From an uncultured Aminicenantes bacterium (lineage in GTDB: Bacteria > Acidobacteriota > Aminicenantia > UBA2199): 64,000 bases of DNA. Location: assembly GCA_965195285.1 (NCBI GenBank), contig CBDAFS010000031.1, positions 32,001 through 96,000 of the forward strand, given 5' to 3'. Below are positions 1 through 9,819 of the stretch, one piece after another. The translations under genes and the position numbers were made by a program. Position 1 is the stretch's first letter. Each line of letters starts with the position of its first letter. Under the pieces are notes generated by a model. The model worked only from the letters and a program-made list of their open reading frames with translations. It searched no databases and was not told where the DNA came from.

Positions 1-1
1 T

Positions 2-568
2 GTATTTGATTGTTCCAAGGTGTCTGATGCCGGGACGGCTATCATTTTTGCCTCTGAACAAGGGTTGAAGAAATTGGGCGTGGAAATGAAAGATGCGGTC
101 GAGGTGGTGGGATTCGGACAAACCGAAGACGATATTACCAATCCCCAGCCGGATATGACCCGGATGGTAACCAGCCAGAAGGCTGCGGAACTGGCCTACC
201 AGAGAGCCGGCCTCTCTCCCCACAACATCGGGGTACTGGACGTGCATGATTGTTTTTCTATTGCCGGGGTCCTGATGATCGAAGCCCTGGGTTTTGCCGG
301 TTACGGAGAGGGAGCGGATTTTGTCAGCTCCGGAAAAACCGGCCGGCAGGGTAGTATACCCACCAATACCAGCGGCGGACTGATCGGTTACGGTCATCCG
401 GTGGGAGCTTCCGGAGTGAGGCAGGCGGTTGACCTGGTTCACCAACTGACCGGAAAATCAGGGGATTACCAGGTTCCAATTGAATCTGACCGCCCCTATG
501 GAATGATGGTCTCCATGGGTGGTAATGATATCACCGTGGTGTCCATGATATTTAAAAAGATCGGTTAG
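2..568 (+). CDS. Thiolase (SCP2/thiolase type-1-like), C-terminal part; 5' end lies outside the window
   Basis: HDCF and GHPVGASG motifs; frame is open from base 2 (VFDCSKVSDAG). Confidence 0.85.
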   Translation, partial: VFDCSKVSDAGTAIIFASEQGLKKLGVEMKDAVEVVGFGQTEDDITNPQPDMTRMVTSQKAAELAYQRAGLSPHNIGVLDVHDCFSIAGVLMIEALGFAGYGEGADFVSSGKTGRQGSIPTNTSGGLIGYGHPVGASGVRQAVDLVHQLTGKSGDYQVPIESDRPYGMMVSMGGNDITVVSMIFKKIG

Positions 569-623
569 TTGAGTTGTCCGGCCAGGGGAGACGGTTGGAT
601 ATTCGGTATATGGAGGTGACAGA

Positions 624-1766
624 ATGGATTTTTCCTTCAGTGAAGAACAAGAGATGATCATTGGTGGAGCCAGGCGGTTCGCCGAGAAAGAGCTGGCGCC
701 GGTGGTGGAAGAACTGGATCAAAAGGGTGAATCCAATGTAAAGGCACTGCGGGATCTGGGTAACCTGGGCTATATGGGCATGACGATTCCAGTTGAATAC
801 GGGGGTTCCGATGTCGGTGCCGTGGCCTATGCCGGCTCCATGCTGGAGCTCAGCAAGGAGGATGCCGGTACCTCGGTTGCCGTTTCTGTCCACAACTCCC
901 TGGCGAATGAATCGGTTTTAAAATTCGGAACCGAGAGTCAGAAAAAGAAATATTTACACAAACTGGCCACAGGGGAATGGATAGGCTGTTTCTCCCTTTC
1001 CGAAGCGGATGCCGGCAGTGATCCCGGCTCCCTGAGACTTTCGGCCGAACCGGACGGCGACGGATTTGTATTGAATGGGACCAAAAACTTTACTACCAGC
1101 GGCGGATTTGCCGAGGTGATCATTGTTTTTGCACAGACCGATAAAAAAAAGGCATCCAGGGGGATTTCAGCTTTTATCCTGAAAAATGACACTTCCGGTT
1201 TTTCCATCGGGAAACATGAAAATAAAATGGGAATTCGTTCTGCCAGCTGTACCGAACTGGTGTTCAATGATTGTCATCTGCCGGCAGAGGCGCTGCTCGG
1301 ACAAGAAAATAAAGGATTGAAGATTGCCCTGACGGTTCTGGACGGGGGGCGCATGGGAATCGCGGCCCAGGCCATCGGTATTGCCGAAGCTGCTTATGAG
1401 GAAGCCCTGCGTTATTCAAAAAACCGGATCCAGTTTAAAAAACCGATCTCGGGATTCCAGGTCATTCGCTTTATGCTGGCGGATATGGCCACCGAAATCG
1501 AGGTGGCCAGGACCATGCTCTACCGGGTGGCCTGGATGAAGGAATCGGGCCAGAAGAAATTGACCAAGGAAGCCGCCATGCTGAAACTCTACGCTTCGGA
1601 AATGGCTCACCGGGTCTGCCACCAGGCCCTTCAGATTCACGGGGGGTACGGATACATGAAAGACTACAAAGTCGAGAGGCTGTACCGGGACCAGCGGATT
1701 ACCGAGATCTATGAGGGCACATCCCAGATCCAGAAATATGTGATTTCGCGGGAAATTATCGATTAG
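624..1766 (+). CDS. Acyl-CoA dehydrogenase (short/branched-chain type)
   Basis: FSLSEADAGSD, LNGTKNF, QIHGGYGY and IYEGTSQIQ motifs; GGAGG RBS. Confidence 0.95.
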   Translation: MDFSFSEEQEMIIGGARRFAEKELAPVVEELDQKGESNVKALRDLGNLGYMGMTIPVEYGGSDVGAVAYAGSMLELSKEDAGTSVAVSVHNSLANESVLKFGTESQKKKYLHKLATGEWIGCFSLSEADAGSDPGSLRLSAEPDGDGFVLNGTKNFTTSGGFAEVIIVFAQTDKKKASRGISAFILKNDTSGFSIGKHENKMGIRSASCTELVFNDCHLPAEALLGQENKGLKIALTVLDGGRMGIAAQAIGIAEAAYEEALRYSKNRIQFKKPISGFQVIRFMLADMATEIEVARTMLYRVAWMKESGQKKLTKEAAMLKLYASEMAHRVCHQALQIHGGYGYMKDYKVERLYRDQRITEIYEGTSQIQKYVISREIID

Positions 1767-1875
1767 GGTCCTTCCGGTTGCCAAAAAATATTTTTTATTA
1801 TATAAGTATCCCGGATATGGTGTTCAGACAAGGAAAGACCGGTATCCAAAATGACCAGGGTGACAGGAGTTTAAA

Positions 1876-3444
1876 ATGAGCGATGACAATCATCGTGATC
1901 ATGAAAAAGCCCGCAAGCGGTTGACCGATCTGGAAAATCAGGCCGAATTGTCCGGTGGACAATCCCGGATTGACAAGCAGCATCAGGCCGGGAAATATAC
2001 GGCCCGGGAACGGATTGAAATGCTGCTGGATCCGGGCAGTTTTGTAGAACTGGACAAATTGAAAACCCATCGCTGTACAGATTTCAGCATGGAGGAAAAA
2101 AAGATATACGGTGATGGGGTGGTGACCGGATACGGGCGGATTGAAGACCGGCTGGTGTATATTTTTGCCCAGGATTTTACGGTTTTTGGTGGATCCCTGA
2201 GCGGCGCTTTTGCCGAAAAGGTGTGCAAGATCATGGATCTGGCCATGAGAAGCGGGGCGCCGGTCATTGGTCTGAACGATTCGGGGGGAGCCCGGATCCA
2301 GGAGGGAGTGGTCAGCCTGGCCGGATATGCGGATATATTCCTGCGCAATACCCTGGCTTCCGGTGTTATTCCCCAGATATCAGCCGTCATGGGGCCCTGT
2401 GCCGGTGGTGCGGTATATTCCCCGGCCATCACCGATTTTATCTTGATGATTGAAAATACTTCCTATATGTTCATTACCGGCCCGGATGTCATCCGGACAG
2501 TTACCCGTGAGGAGGTCAGCAAAGAAGATCTGGGCGGGGCCATGAGCCATGCTTCCAAAAGCGGGGTGGCCCATTTGACAGCCGGGAATGAAGACCAGGG
2601 TTTTTTAATAATTCGCGAACTTTTAAGTTACCTGCCCTCGAACAATATGGAAGAGCCTCCCCGGATAAACTGCGAGGATCCGGTTGACCGGAAAGAGGAA
2701 AAACTGAAAACCATTATACCCTCCAATCCCAATAAACCTTATGATATAAAGGATGTCATTCGACTGGTGGTGGATGATTATCATTTTTTTGAGATACATG
2801 AACACTATGCCCGGAATATTGTGGTCGGATTTGCCCGAATCAATGGCGTTTCGGTGGGGATTGTGGCCAATCAGCCTGCTCATCTGGCCGGCTGTCTGGA
2901 CATTCATTCCTCGATCAAAGGGGCCCGTTTTGTTCGTTTTTGCGATGCCTTTAACATTCCGTTGATTACCTTTGAGGATGTACCCGGTTTTTTACCCGGT
3001 ATTGATCAGGAGCATGGCGGAATTATCAAACACGGAGCTAAATTATTATATGCTTTTGCCGAATCCACCGTACCCAAGGTCACCATTATTACCCGCAAGG
3101 CTTACGGCGGCGCTTTTGATGTGATGGCTTCCAAGCATATCCGGGGTGATATCAACCTGGCCTATCCCACGGCCGAAATTGCAGTCATGGGGCCTGAAGG
3201 AGCCGTTAATATCATATTCAGAAACGAAATTGCCGAGGCCAAGGATCCGGAGAAAAAGCGGAAGGAGCTCATCAAGTATTACCGTGATACTTTTTCCAAT
3301 CCCTATAAGGCAGCGGAACTGGGATATGTTGATGCGGTCATTTTCCCGGAAGATACCCGCCGGCACATTGCCGATTCACTGGAAATGCTGAAAAACAAAC
3401 GCCAGAGCAATCCGCCCAAAAAACACGGGAACATACCGTTGTAG
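1876..3444 (+). CDS. pccB: Acyl-CoA carboxylase carboxyltransferase subunit (propionyl-/methylmalonyl-CoA type)
   Basis: [31 protein letters not shown] and C-terminal KKHGNIPL. Confidence 0.92.
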   Translation: MSDDNHRDHEKARKRLTDLENQAELSGGQSRIDKQHQAGKYTARERIEMLLDPGSFVELDKLKTHRCTDFSMEEKKIYGDGVVTGYGRIEDRLVYIFAQDFTVFGGSLSGAFAEKVCKIMDLAMRSGAPVIGLNDSGGARIQEGVVSLAGYADIFLRNTLASGVIPQISAVMGPCAGGAVYSPAITDFILMIENTSYMFITGPDVIRTVTREEVSKEDLGGAMSHASKSGVAHLTAGNEDQGFLIIRELLSYLPSNNMEEPPRINCEDPVDRKEEKLKTIIPSNPNKPYDIKDVIRLVVDDYHFFEIHEHYARNIVVGFARINGVSVGIVANQPAHLAGCLDIHSSIKGARFVRFCDAFNIPLITFEDVPGFLPGIDQEHGGIIKHGAKLLYAFAESTVPKVTIITRKAYGGAFDVMASKHIRGDINLAYPTAEIAVMGPEGAVNIIFRNEIAEAKDPEKKRKELIKYYRDTFSNPYKAAELGYVDAVIFPEDTRRHIADSLEMLKNKRQSNPPKKHGNIPL

Positions 3445-3454
3445 TGATAGGGGT

Positions 3455-4963
3455 ATGGCTGAAGGTCGGAAAATCAGGAAAATTTTGATTCCCAATCGAG
3501 GGGAGATTGCAGTCCGCATTCAGCGAACCTGCCGGGAGCTCAATATTCCGTCGGTTGCCGTATTTTCGGAGCCGGATCGAAACGCCCTCCATGTCCGCTA
3601 TGCGGATGAAGCGTATCCCCTTTCCGGAAATATCCCCGTTGAAACCTATTTGAATCAGGATCGGATTTTTGAGATTGCCAGGGCGTGTGGTGCCGATGCC
3701 ATTCATCCCGGGTATGGATTCCTGAGTGAAAATGCCGAGTTTGCCCGGCGATGCTTGGAAAATGATATCATTTTCATCGGTCCTTCCCCTGAAGCCATTG
3801 AATTAATGGGGCTAAAAACCGAGGCCAGGCATCATATGGGCCAGGCGGGTGTACCGGTGATTCCCGGAACCGAACCCCTGGATAACCTGGAGATCTGCCG
3901 GCAGGAAGCCGAGAGAATCGGTTATCCGGTTTTGATTAAGGCGGTAGCCGGGGGCGGGGGCAAGGGCATGCGCATGGTTGCAACTCCGGAAGCCCTGGAA
4001 CGCGCCTACGGGTCTGCGGGCCGGGAGGCCAAATCCGCTTTCGGGGATCAACGGGTTTACATTGAGAAATACCTGAGCAAGCCGCGTCACATCGAATTTC
4101 AAATCCTGGCTGATCAGAACGGAAATGTTGTTCACCTTTATGAGCGGGAGTGTTCGGTACAGAGGCGCCATCAGAAAATCATAGAAGAGACCCCCTCTCC
4201 GATCCTGGATGAGGAGATGCGCTCCCGGATGGGTGCCGTGGCCATTGAAGCCGCCCGAGCCTGTCAGTATACCAATGCCGGGACGGTTGAATTTCTGGTG
4301 GATGAGAGGCGCAACTTCTATTTTCTGGAAATGAACACCCGGCTCCAGGTGGAGCATCCCATTACCGAGATGATCACCGGTATCGATATTGTCAAGCAGC
4401 AGATTCATATTGCCCAGGGAGGGAACATCTCTCCGGGTCCGGTTTTCCGGCATGGAGCCGCCCTGGAGTGCCGGATCTATGCCGAGGACCCGACGCGCGA
4501 TTTTTTACCCTCCCCGGGATTGATCAAGGGGCTCACCGATCCGGGAGGTCCGGGTGTTCGAAATGATTCGGGGGTTTACAGCGGTTATACCATTCCCGTA
4601 GAATACGATCCCATGATATCCAAGCTGGTGACCTGGGGAACAGACCGTAACCAGGCTCTGAACCGGATGTTGCGGGCCCTGGAAGAATTTCGTCTGTTGG
4701 GAATACGAACCAATATATCCTACCTTCGGAAAATATTGCAACACCCCGGTTTTCAATCCGGGGACTACGATACCCTGTTTATTGAAAAATTTCAGCAGGA
4801 GTTGCTCCAATCCACCGGAAAGGGAGATGAAACCATTGCCCTTTACGCTGCTGCGGTTTTAAGCCTGATCAGTGGAAAAAAAACCGGTTCGGTCTCTTGG
4901 GATGAGAATAAAAAAGTGTCGTCCTGGAAATATTCAAACAGAACCTGGAAGGTCCCCCGATGA
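3455..4963 (+). CDS. accC: Biotin carboxylase subunit
   Basis: NRGEIA, HPGYGFLSEN, GGGGKGMR, EMNTRLQVEHP, RIYAEDP. Confidence 0.93.
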   Translation: MAEGRKIRKILIPNRGEIAVRIQRTCRELNIPSVAVFSEPDRNALHVRYADEAYPLSGNIPVETYLNQDRIFEIARACGADAIHPGYGFLSENAEFARRCLENDIIFIGPSPEAIELMGLKTEARHHMGQAGVPVIPGTEPLDNLEICRQEAERIGYPVLIKAVAGGGGKGMRMVATPEALERAYGSAGREAKSAFGDQRVYIEKYLSKPRHIEFQILADQNGNVVHLYERECSVQRRHQKIIEETPSPILDEEMRSRMGAVAIEAARACQYTNAGTVEFLVDERRNFYFLEMNTRLQVEHPITEMITGIDIVKQQIHIAQGGNISPGPVFRHGAALECRIYAEDPTRDFLPSPGLIKGLTDPGGPGVRNDSGVYSGYTIPVEYDPMISKLVTWGTDRNQALNRMLRALEEFRLLGIRTNISYLRKILQHPGFQSGDYDTLFIEKFQQELLQSTGKGDETIALYAAAVLSLISGKKTGSVSWDENKKVSSWKYSNRTWKVPR

Positions 4964-5469
4964 AGTATACCACCGTACTGAATGAACAGGAACGGGAACT
5001 TGAAATTACCCCCCTGAAAACACATCTTTTTGAAATAAAAATTGACGGGGAATGTCATGAGATTGAGGCCTGCCACTGCGGAAACGATTTGATTTCTTTG
5101 CTCATCGATAACCGGTCTTATGATATCTCATATTCCTTTGATGGTGATATGGTTTATTTGAATTTCAGAAACCAGTATTTTAATATTGAAGTGCTGGATG
5201 AACGGAAAATTCGCATGCGCCGGGTGCGTTCCAGCCTGGATCTTTCCGGACCGGAGATCATCAAAACCTCCATGCCCGGCCGGGTGGTCAAAATCCTGGT
5301 TGAACCCGGTGAAAAGGTGGAGGTCGGGGCCGGGATTATTATCATTGAAGCCATGAAGATGGAAAACGAGATCCAGTGTCGTCATTCGGGAGTGGTCAAA
5401 AAGCTGAATGTCAAGCCGGGACAGACGGTTGAGAGTGAAGTGGTCCTGGTGGAGATAGAGCCCGAATAA
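4960..5469 (+). CDS. Biotin carboxyl carrier protein with N-terminal linker domain
   Basis: EAMKM biotinylation motif; ATGA overlap with the upstream gene. Confidence 0.92.
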   Translation: MKYTTVLNEQERELEITPLKTHLFEIKIDGECHEIEACHCGNDLISLLIDNRSYDISYSFDGDMVYLNFRNQYFNIEVLDERKIRMRRVRSSLDLSGPEIIKTSMPGRVVKILVEPGEKVEVGAGIIIIEAMKMENEIQCRHSGVVKKLNVKPGQTVESEVVLVEIEPE

Positions 5470-5487
5470 ATTATGTTACAATAAACC

Positions 5488-7437
5488 ATGAAAAAATATT
5501 TTTCCCTGGGTCGGCTGGTCATTTTGATGGCAGCCGTGGTATTTGGTTGTAGTTTCTGTCAGGAAGAGGAAATCATTGTCCCTGAGATAATTGAAATCCG
5601 CCTCGAGGATCATACCCGGGAAGCCGGGCTGGAGGTCTATAAGATGACTTTCGGGGTGGCGGTAAGCGATATCAACAATGACGGACATGATGACCTGGTG
5701 GTGGGCAATCATGGAGATCTGCCCTCCCTGTTTCTGCGTCAGGGCCCGCAATTCAAGGATTTTTCAGACATCCTTCCCGAGCGGATTGAGATGGACCGGC
5801 ACGGGGTCACTGTTGTTGACCTGGAGAATGACGGGGATAAAGACCTGGTTTTTGCCGGGGGCGGGGCCGATGGCGTTGGCAACGGATGCAAGAACCGGCT
5901 CTACAAGAATTTGAAAAGCGAGACAAACAACCTGGCCTTCCAGGATATTTCCGAGGAGGTGGGCATCGCCTACCAGCCCTGGAGAACCCGGCATTTTTTG
6001 CCTCTGCCCGGTCCCGGCGGTTCTCTGGTTGACCTGTACATGGTTTGCCTGGTCCGGGAAAGTTGCCCGGATCTATATTTTTCCAATCAGAGCGTTGGCT
6101 CCATCCGGCTCCAGGTGAATGAATCACCGGGGCTCAACCAGGGCTTCAGCTCCGAGGGAAGGGATATTTTTTTTGATTATGACCGGGACGGGGATCAGGA
6201 TTTGTTGATCATTTCCAAGAGCAAACCTCAGTTTTATGAACGGGTAAACAATCAATATCAACGGAAAGACGGGATATTCCCTTCCCTGGCCAGTGTGTTC
6301 TGTCTGGCCTGCGGAGATTTGAATAATGATGGTTATCTGGATGTCTATTTTGGCCGGGAAGCCAGGAAAACCAAATCCGACAATTTGTCCACCAATAATA
6401 ACGAGATTCATTTTGTCTTCAGAAAGCATGATGATGACCGGTTTGACCGGATCAACTTTAATATTAACGGCAATTCGATTTACATTGACTTTGTTCAGCA
6501 TCTTACCACCGGTGAGACTATTGTGGATCCCTCTAATATTTTTATCGGAGCGGAAAATCAGAATCCGGAGGCCCGGAGAGCGACCATCATGGCCGAATTG
6601 GCTGTCGGCGAATCGCTGAGGGAAAAGCCCGGAATATATATCTGGAAAGATTCAGGGATCAACCTGTGGCACCTGGAGTGGGTGTATGATGAAGAGGAGA
6701 GAACAGACAAGGGCCGTTTATTGGCCGAATCCATCAACAACCTGACAGAGGAAAACCTGGAAATCATTCCGGTCGACGACATCAATGACCTGATTTTCAT
6801 CAATCAGAGTGGTATGACTTTTGTGGAATTGGTGCTTCCGGAATTGATCCACCAGAAGGTGACCCGGACCGTGACCATGTGTGATTTGAATAATGACGGC
6901 TGGCTGGATATTGTCGGGCTTCGCGGCGGGGAAGATGGCCAGTACAATGGGGATCCCTTCCTGTTTACCAATCAGGGGGATCTGAGTTTCGAATTCAACC
7001 GGATCATGCAGAATGACCAGGATGACATTTTTCAGGCCGATCAGCTGGTCTGGGGATTCTTCAATAATGACGGGTTGCCGGATATCTTTTTTACCAACGG
7101 TTTCGGCTTGAATCCGGGTCAGCTGGGGCCCTATAAGATGTACCTGAACCAAACCCAGAATCCCGGCAATTTTGTGATCATTGAGCTGGAAGGCCTGACC
7201 TGCAACCGGGATGCCATTGGCGCCCAGGTTGAATTAAATACAGCTTCCGGTGAATTCCTGGGTTATCGCCAGCTGGGAGCCGGTTTTAACCGTTCTCAGA
7301 GCACCCATAAACTTCATTTCGGTTTGGGAGAAACAAATGAAGAACTTTGGGCCCGGATCCGCTGGCCCGGAACCTCCATCTGGGACGAGAGAGAGGTCCG
7401 GATCAATCAAATCAACCGGATCGTACAGCAGATGTGA
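5488..7437 (+). CDS. Secreted/lipoprotein FG-GAP repeat protein with ASPIC/UnbV C-terminus (CRTAC1 family)
   Basis: Repeated DxNNDGxxD motifs; NRDAIGAQV and LHFGLG; signal peptide ending VFGC. Confidence 0.85.
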   Translation: MKKYFSLGRLVILMAAVVFGCSFCQEEEIIVPEIIEIRLEDHTREAGLEVYKMTFGVAVSDINNDGHDDLVVGNHGDLPSLFLRQGPQFKDFSDILPERIEMDRHGVTVVDLENDGDKDLVFAGGGADGVGNGCKNRLYKNLKSETNNLAFQDISEEVGIAYQPWRTRHFLPLPGPGGSLVDLYMVCLVRESCPDLYFSNQSVGSIRLQVNESPGLNQGFSSEGRDIFFDYDRDGDQDLLIISKSKPQFYERVNNQYQRKDGIFPSLASVFCLACGDLNNDGYLDVYFGREARKTKSDNLSTNNNEIHFVFRKHDDDRFDRINFNINGNSIYIDFVQHLTTGETIVDPSNIFIGAENQNPEARRATIMAELAVGESLREKPGIYIWKDSGINLWHLEWVYDEEERTDKGRLLAESINNLTEENLEIIPVDDINDLIFINQSGMTFVELVLPELIHQKVTRTVTMCDLNNDGWLDIVGLRGGEDGQYNGDPFLFTNQGDLSFEFNRIMQNDQDDIFQADQLVWGFFNNDGLPDIFFTNGFGLNPGQLGPYKMYLNQTQNPGNFVIIELEGLTCNRDAIGAQVELNTASGEFLGYRQLGAGFNRSQSTHKLHFGLGETNEELWARIRWPGTSIWDEREVRINQINRIVQQM

Positions 7438-7496
7438 AAAGAACCGGGTTTCCTTTATCACTTCAAAAAAGAAAATAAAAAAAATTCAAATAAAAG

Positions 7497-7531
7497 TTGA
7501 CAAATGAGATTAATTATCGTATATTTACGAT
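7497..7531 (+). promoter_or_regulatory. Sigma70 promoter of arsR-arsM with an overlapping palindromic operator
   Basis: TTGACA (7497-7502), 17 bp, TATATT (7520-7525); inverted repeat ATCGTA-N4-TACGAT (7516-7531). Confidence 0.75.
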
Positions 7532-7548
7532 GAACGATAAGAGAGGTT

Positions 7549-7869
7549 GTGATGGTGAAATCAAAAACCAAAAGAATCAATCCGGAATATCTGTTACTGG
7601 CTGATTATTCCAAGGCCTTATCCCATCCGGTCAGGGTTGAAATTCTGAAAATCCTTATGGAAAAAAAAACCTGTATCTGTGGTGATATTGTTGAATTGCT
7701 GCCCCTGGCCCAGTCCACGGTCTCCCAACACCTGAAGGAGCTGAAACGGGTGGGTCTGATCAAAGGAGAGATAGAGGGGCCCAGAACCTGTTATTGTTTA
7801 GATATTAGCAGGTTGAAAAAAGCAAAGAGGGTTTTTTCAGAATTATTTTCAAAAATTTGTCAATGTTGA
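7549..7869 (+). CDS. arsR: ArsR/SmtB family repressor (start may be ATG 7552)
   Basis: [26 protein letters not shown]; Cys-rich C-terminus. Confidence 0.9.
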   Translation: MMVKSKTKRINPEYLLLADYSKALSHPVRVEILKILMEKKTCICGDIVELLPLAQSTVSQHLKELKRVGLIKGEIEGPRTCYCLDISRLKKAKRVFSELFSKICQC

Positions 7870-7887
7870 ATTTAGGGAGAATATAAG

Positions 7888-8721
7888 ATGCAGGATGCAA
7901 AAGAAATCAAGGAAATTGTGAAGAAGAAGTACGGGGAAATTGCCAGAAAAACCAGGGGGGAAAATTGTTGCGGGTCTTCCGGTTGTTGTTCCTCAAAAGA
8001 ACCGGATTATACAGCCATTGGTGAAAAATATGAGGACATAAACGGATATGTGGCTGAAGCGGATCTGGGTCTGGGCTGCGGTCTGCCCACCGAATATGCG
8101 GACATCAAACCCGGTGATACGGTGGTTGATCTGGGGTCGGGTGCCGGAAACGATGTGTTTGTGGCCCGCTCAATAGTTGGAGAAACCGGAAGGGTTATCG
8201 GGATTGATATGACCCCGGAGATGATCGAACAGGCCAATATCAACAATCAAAAAATGGGATTTGAAAATGTTGAGTTTCATCACAGTGAGATCGAAGACCT
8301 CCCCCTTGAGCAGAATTCGGTTGATGTGGTGGTCAGTAATTGTGTACTAAATCTTGTCCCTGATAAGAATAAGGCATTTTCGGAAATCCATCGCATCCTG
8401 AAACCCGGTGGTCATTTTTGCATTTCTGATATTGTTTTGAAAGGAAAGCTCCCTGAAGAATTGAAGAGATCTGTCGAGGTGTATGTGGGATGTGTGGCCG
8501 GTGCAATGCAAATGGATGAATATCTGGATGTGATTAAAGAAGCCGGATTTTCCGGGATTGAGATCAAAGCCTCCAAATCCATTTGCCTGACCGATGAAAT
8601 GTTTAAGGATTTTATCACTGAAAAGGAAATAGAGCTTTATAAAAACAGTCGGGTCGACATTTTTAGTATCACGGTTGTGGGCCATAAATCCAATATTAAG
8701 TTAAGGGGGGACGGTGCTTGA
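7888..8721 (+). CDS. arsM: Arsenite S-adenosylmethyltransferase
   Basis: LGLGCGLP, DLGSGAGND, SNCVLNL, GCVAGA; located behind arsR. Confidence 0.92.
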   Translation: MQDAKEIKEIVKKKYGEIARKTRGENCCGSSGCCSSKEPDYTAIGEKYEDINGYVAEADLGLGCGLPTEYADIKPGDTVVDLGSGAGNDVFVARSIVGETGRVIGIDMTPEMIEQANINNQKMGFENVEFHHSEIEDLPLEQNSVDVVVSNCVLNLVPDKNKAFSEIHRILKPGGHFCISDIVLKGKLPEELKRSVEVYVGCVAGAMQMDEYLDVIKEAGFSGIEIKASKSICLTDEMFKDFITEKEIELYKNSRVDIFSITVVGHKSNIKLRGDGA

Positions 8722-8761
8722 ATTTTTGAGTTTATTCATCTGCCTCTTTTTCCTTAAGGGG

Positions 8762-9742
8762 TCAAATCTGTGTTTGACGTTTCAGACACAAGCTTTTAAG
8801 TTCTTCAACCTTCTGTCTGAAGACAGTATCCTTCTCCATCCCTTTTTTTATACCTCTGAGGACGGTACTGACCGAACTGTGGGCATTTAAAAAATAATCT
8901 TTTCCCAATTGCTCCAAGGTGTTATTCCGCAAAGATCTCGATAAATAAATTGCCACATCCCTCGGTTCATTAAAGGATCTTCTCTTGTCAATGCAAAGGC
9001 TTTTCCTGGGGATGTTATAATGTTTACAAACTACATCCATTATATGATCAAGATCTGGAGATAAAATTGAGGATTCAGGAATCTCCTTATCCCTTTTCTC
9101 CTGATAATATTTCTCTTTCATGGAAAGGACAAATTCGTCAGAACCAAAAAATGATGGCCATCTTTTACCTTCAAGGAGTTTTATAATCTCTTTTTTGTCC
9201 TCCTGGCCCATAAATTTTTTATAAGTAACCAGCTGGTTCTTTTTATTATTTGAAAAAATTGATAACATAAAATCCTTATACAACCAATTCCAATCCTTGG
9301 ATTTTGAGATATACCCTAGGTGACTACTCCACTCAAAATCATCAATATGTTTGACCAGTTTTGCCCGAAGGGGATTTCTGTGGATATACCGCAACAGCTG
9401 CATTAGATAGCTATCTCCCTCAACCAGGATCGATTTATAACGACCCTTGAATAACTGTCCTTCACAACTATTAATTTTATTAAACCTCTGGGTATACACG
9501 CCATTGACATGCCGCATAAATCGACTCAGGTTTCCTTTTGGTGTATTGATCAGTAAATGGTAATGATTGGACATTAAACAAAAGGCTGCAATATTGACTG
9601 TCCATAAATCTGAGGCTTCGAGTAATAATTCAACAAAGATATGGTAGTCCTTTTTTTTAAAAAAGATCTCTTCAGATCTTCTCCCCCTGTTCATGACATG
9701 ATACCAGGCTCTAGCGTATTCAATTCTTAATGGTCGACTCAT
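8762..9742 (-). CDS. REP-associated-type Y1 tyrosine transposase with C-terminal DnaA-like HTH
   Basis: YHVMNRG, MSNHYH (HUH), RYIHRNP (catalytic Tyr), WSSH; C-terminal PRDVAIYL..TLEQLG..HSSVS. Confidence 0.9.
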   Translation of the reverse strand: MSRPLRIEYARAWYHVMNRGRRSEEIFFKKKDYHIFVELLLEASDLWTVNIAAFCLMSNHYHLLINTPKGNLSRFMRHVNGVYTQRFNKINSCEGQLFKGRYKSILVEGDSYLMQLLRYIHRNPLRAKLVKHIDDFEWSSHLGYISKSKDWNWLYKDFMLSIFSNNKKNQLVTYKKFMGQEDKKEIIKLLEGKRWPSFFGSDEFVLSMKEKYYQEKRDKEIPESSILSPDLDHIMDVVCKHYNIPRKSLCIDKRRSFNEPRDVAIYLSRSLRNNTLEQLGKDYFLNAHSSVSTVLRGIKKGMEKDTVFRQKVEELKSLCLKRQTQI

Positions 9743-9748
9743 GAAAAA

Positions 9749-9777
9749 ACTGTATCAAACTCTACCTGAAAAGTCAA
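9749..9777 (-). promoter_or_regulatory. Promoter of the transposase; the -35 box lies within the right TIR
   Basis: Minus strand TTGACT-17bp-TACAGT-6nt-ATG. Confidence 0.65.
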
Positions 9778-9787
9778 TCACAGATTT

Positions 9788-9819
9788 GACCCCTTTTTTG
9801 TTCGACCCCTTTTTTGTTC
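9788..9819. repeat. Perfect 16-bp tandem duplication at the outer end of the right TIR
   Basis: GACCCCTTTTTTGTTC at 9788-9803 and 9804-9819. Confidence 0.9.

Larger units (their letters stand above)
8756..9795 (-). mobile_element. TIR-bounded HUH/Y1 tyrosine transposase element (TIRYT/RAYT-like)
   Basis: 23-bp inverted repeats 8756-8778 (AAGGGGTCAAATCTGTGTTTGAC) and 9773-9795 (22/23 identical) enclosing a single Y1 transposase gene. Confidence 0.8.

Noticed and set aside
3812-4453. 213-aa minus-strand ORF
   Set aside because: Antisense shadow of the biotin carboxylase gene
4960-4963. Split between biotin carboxylase and BCCP as a possible frameshift
   Set aside because: Ordinary ATGA translational coupling; split subunits are common
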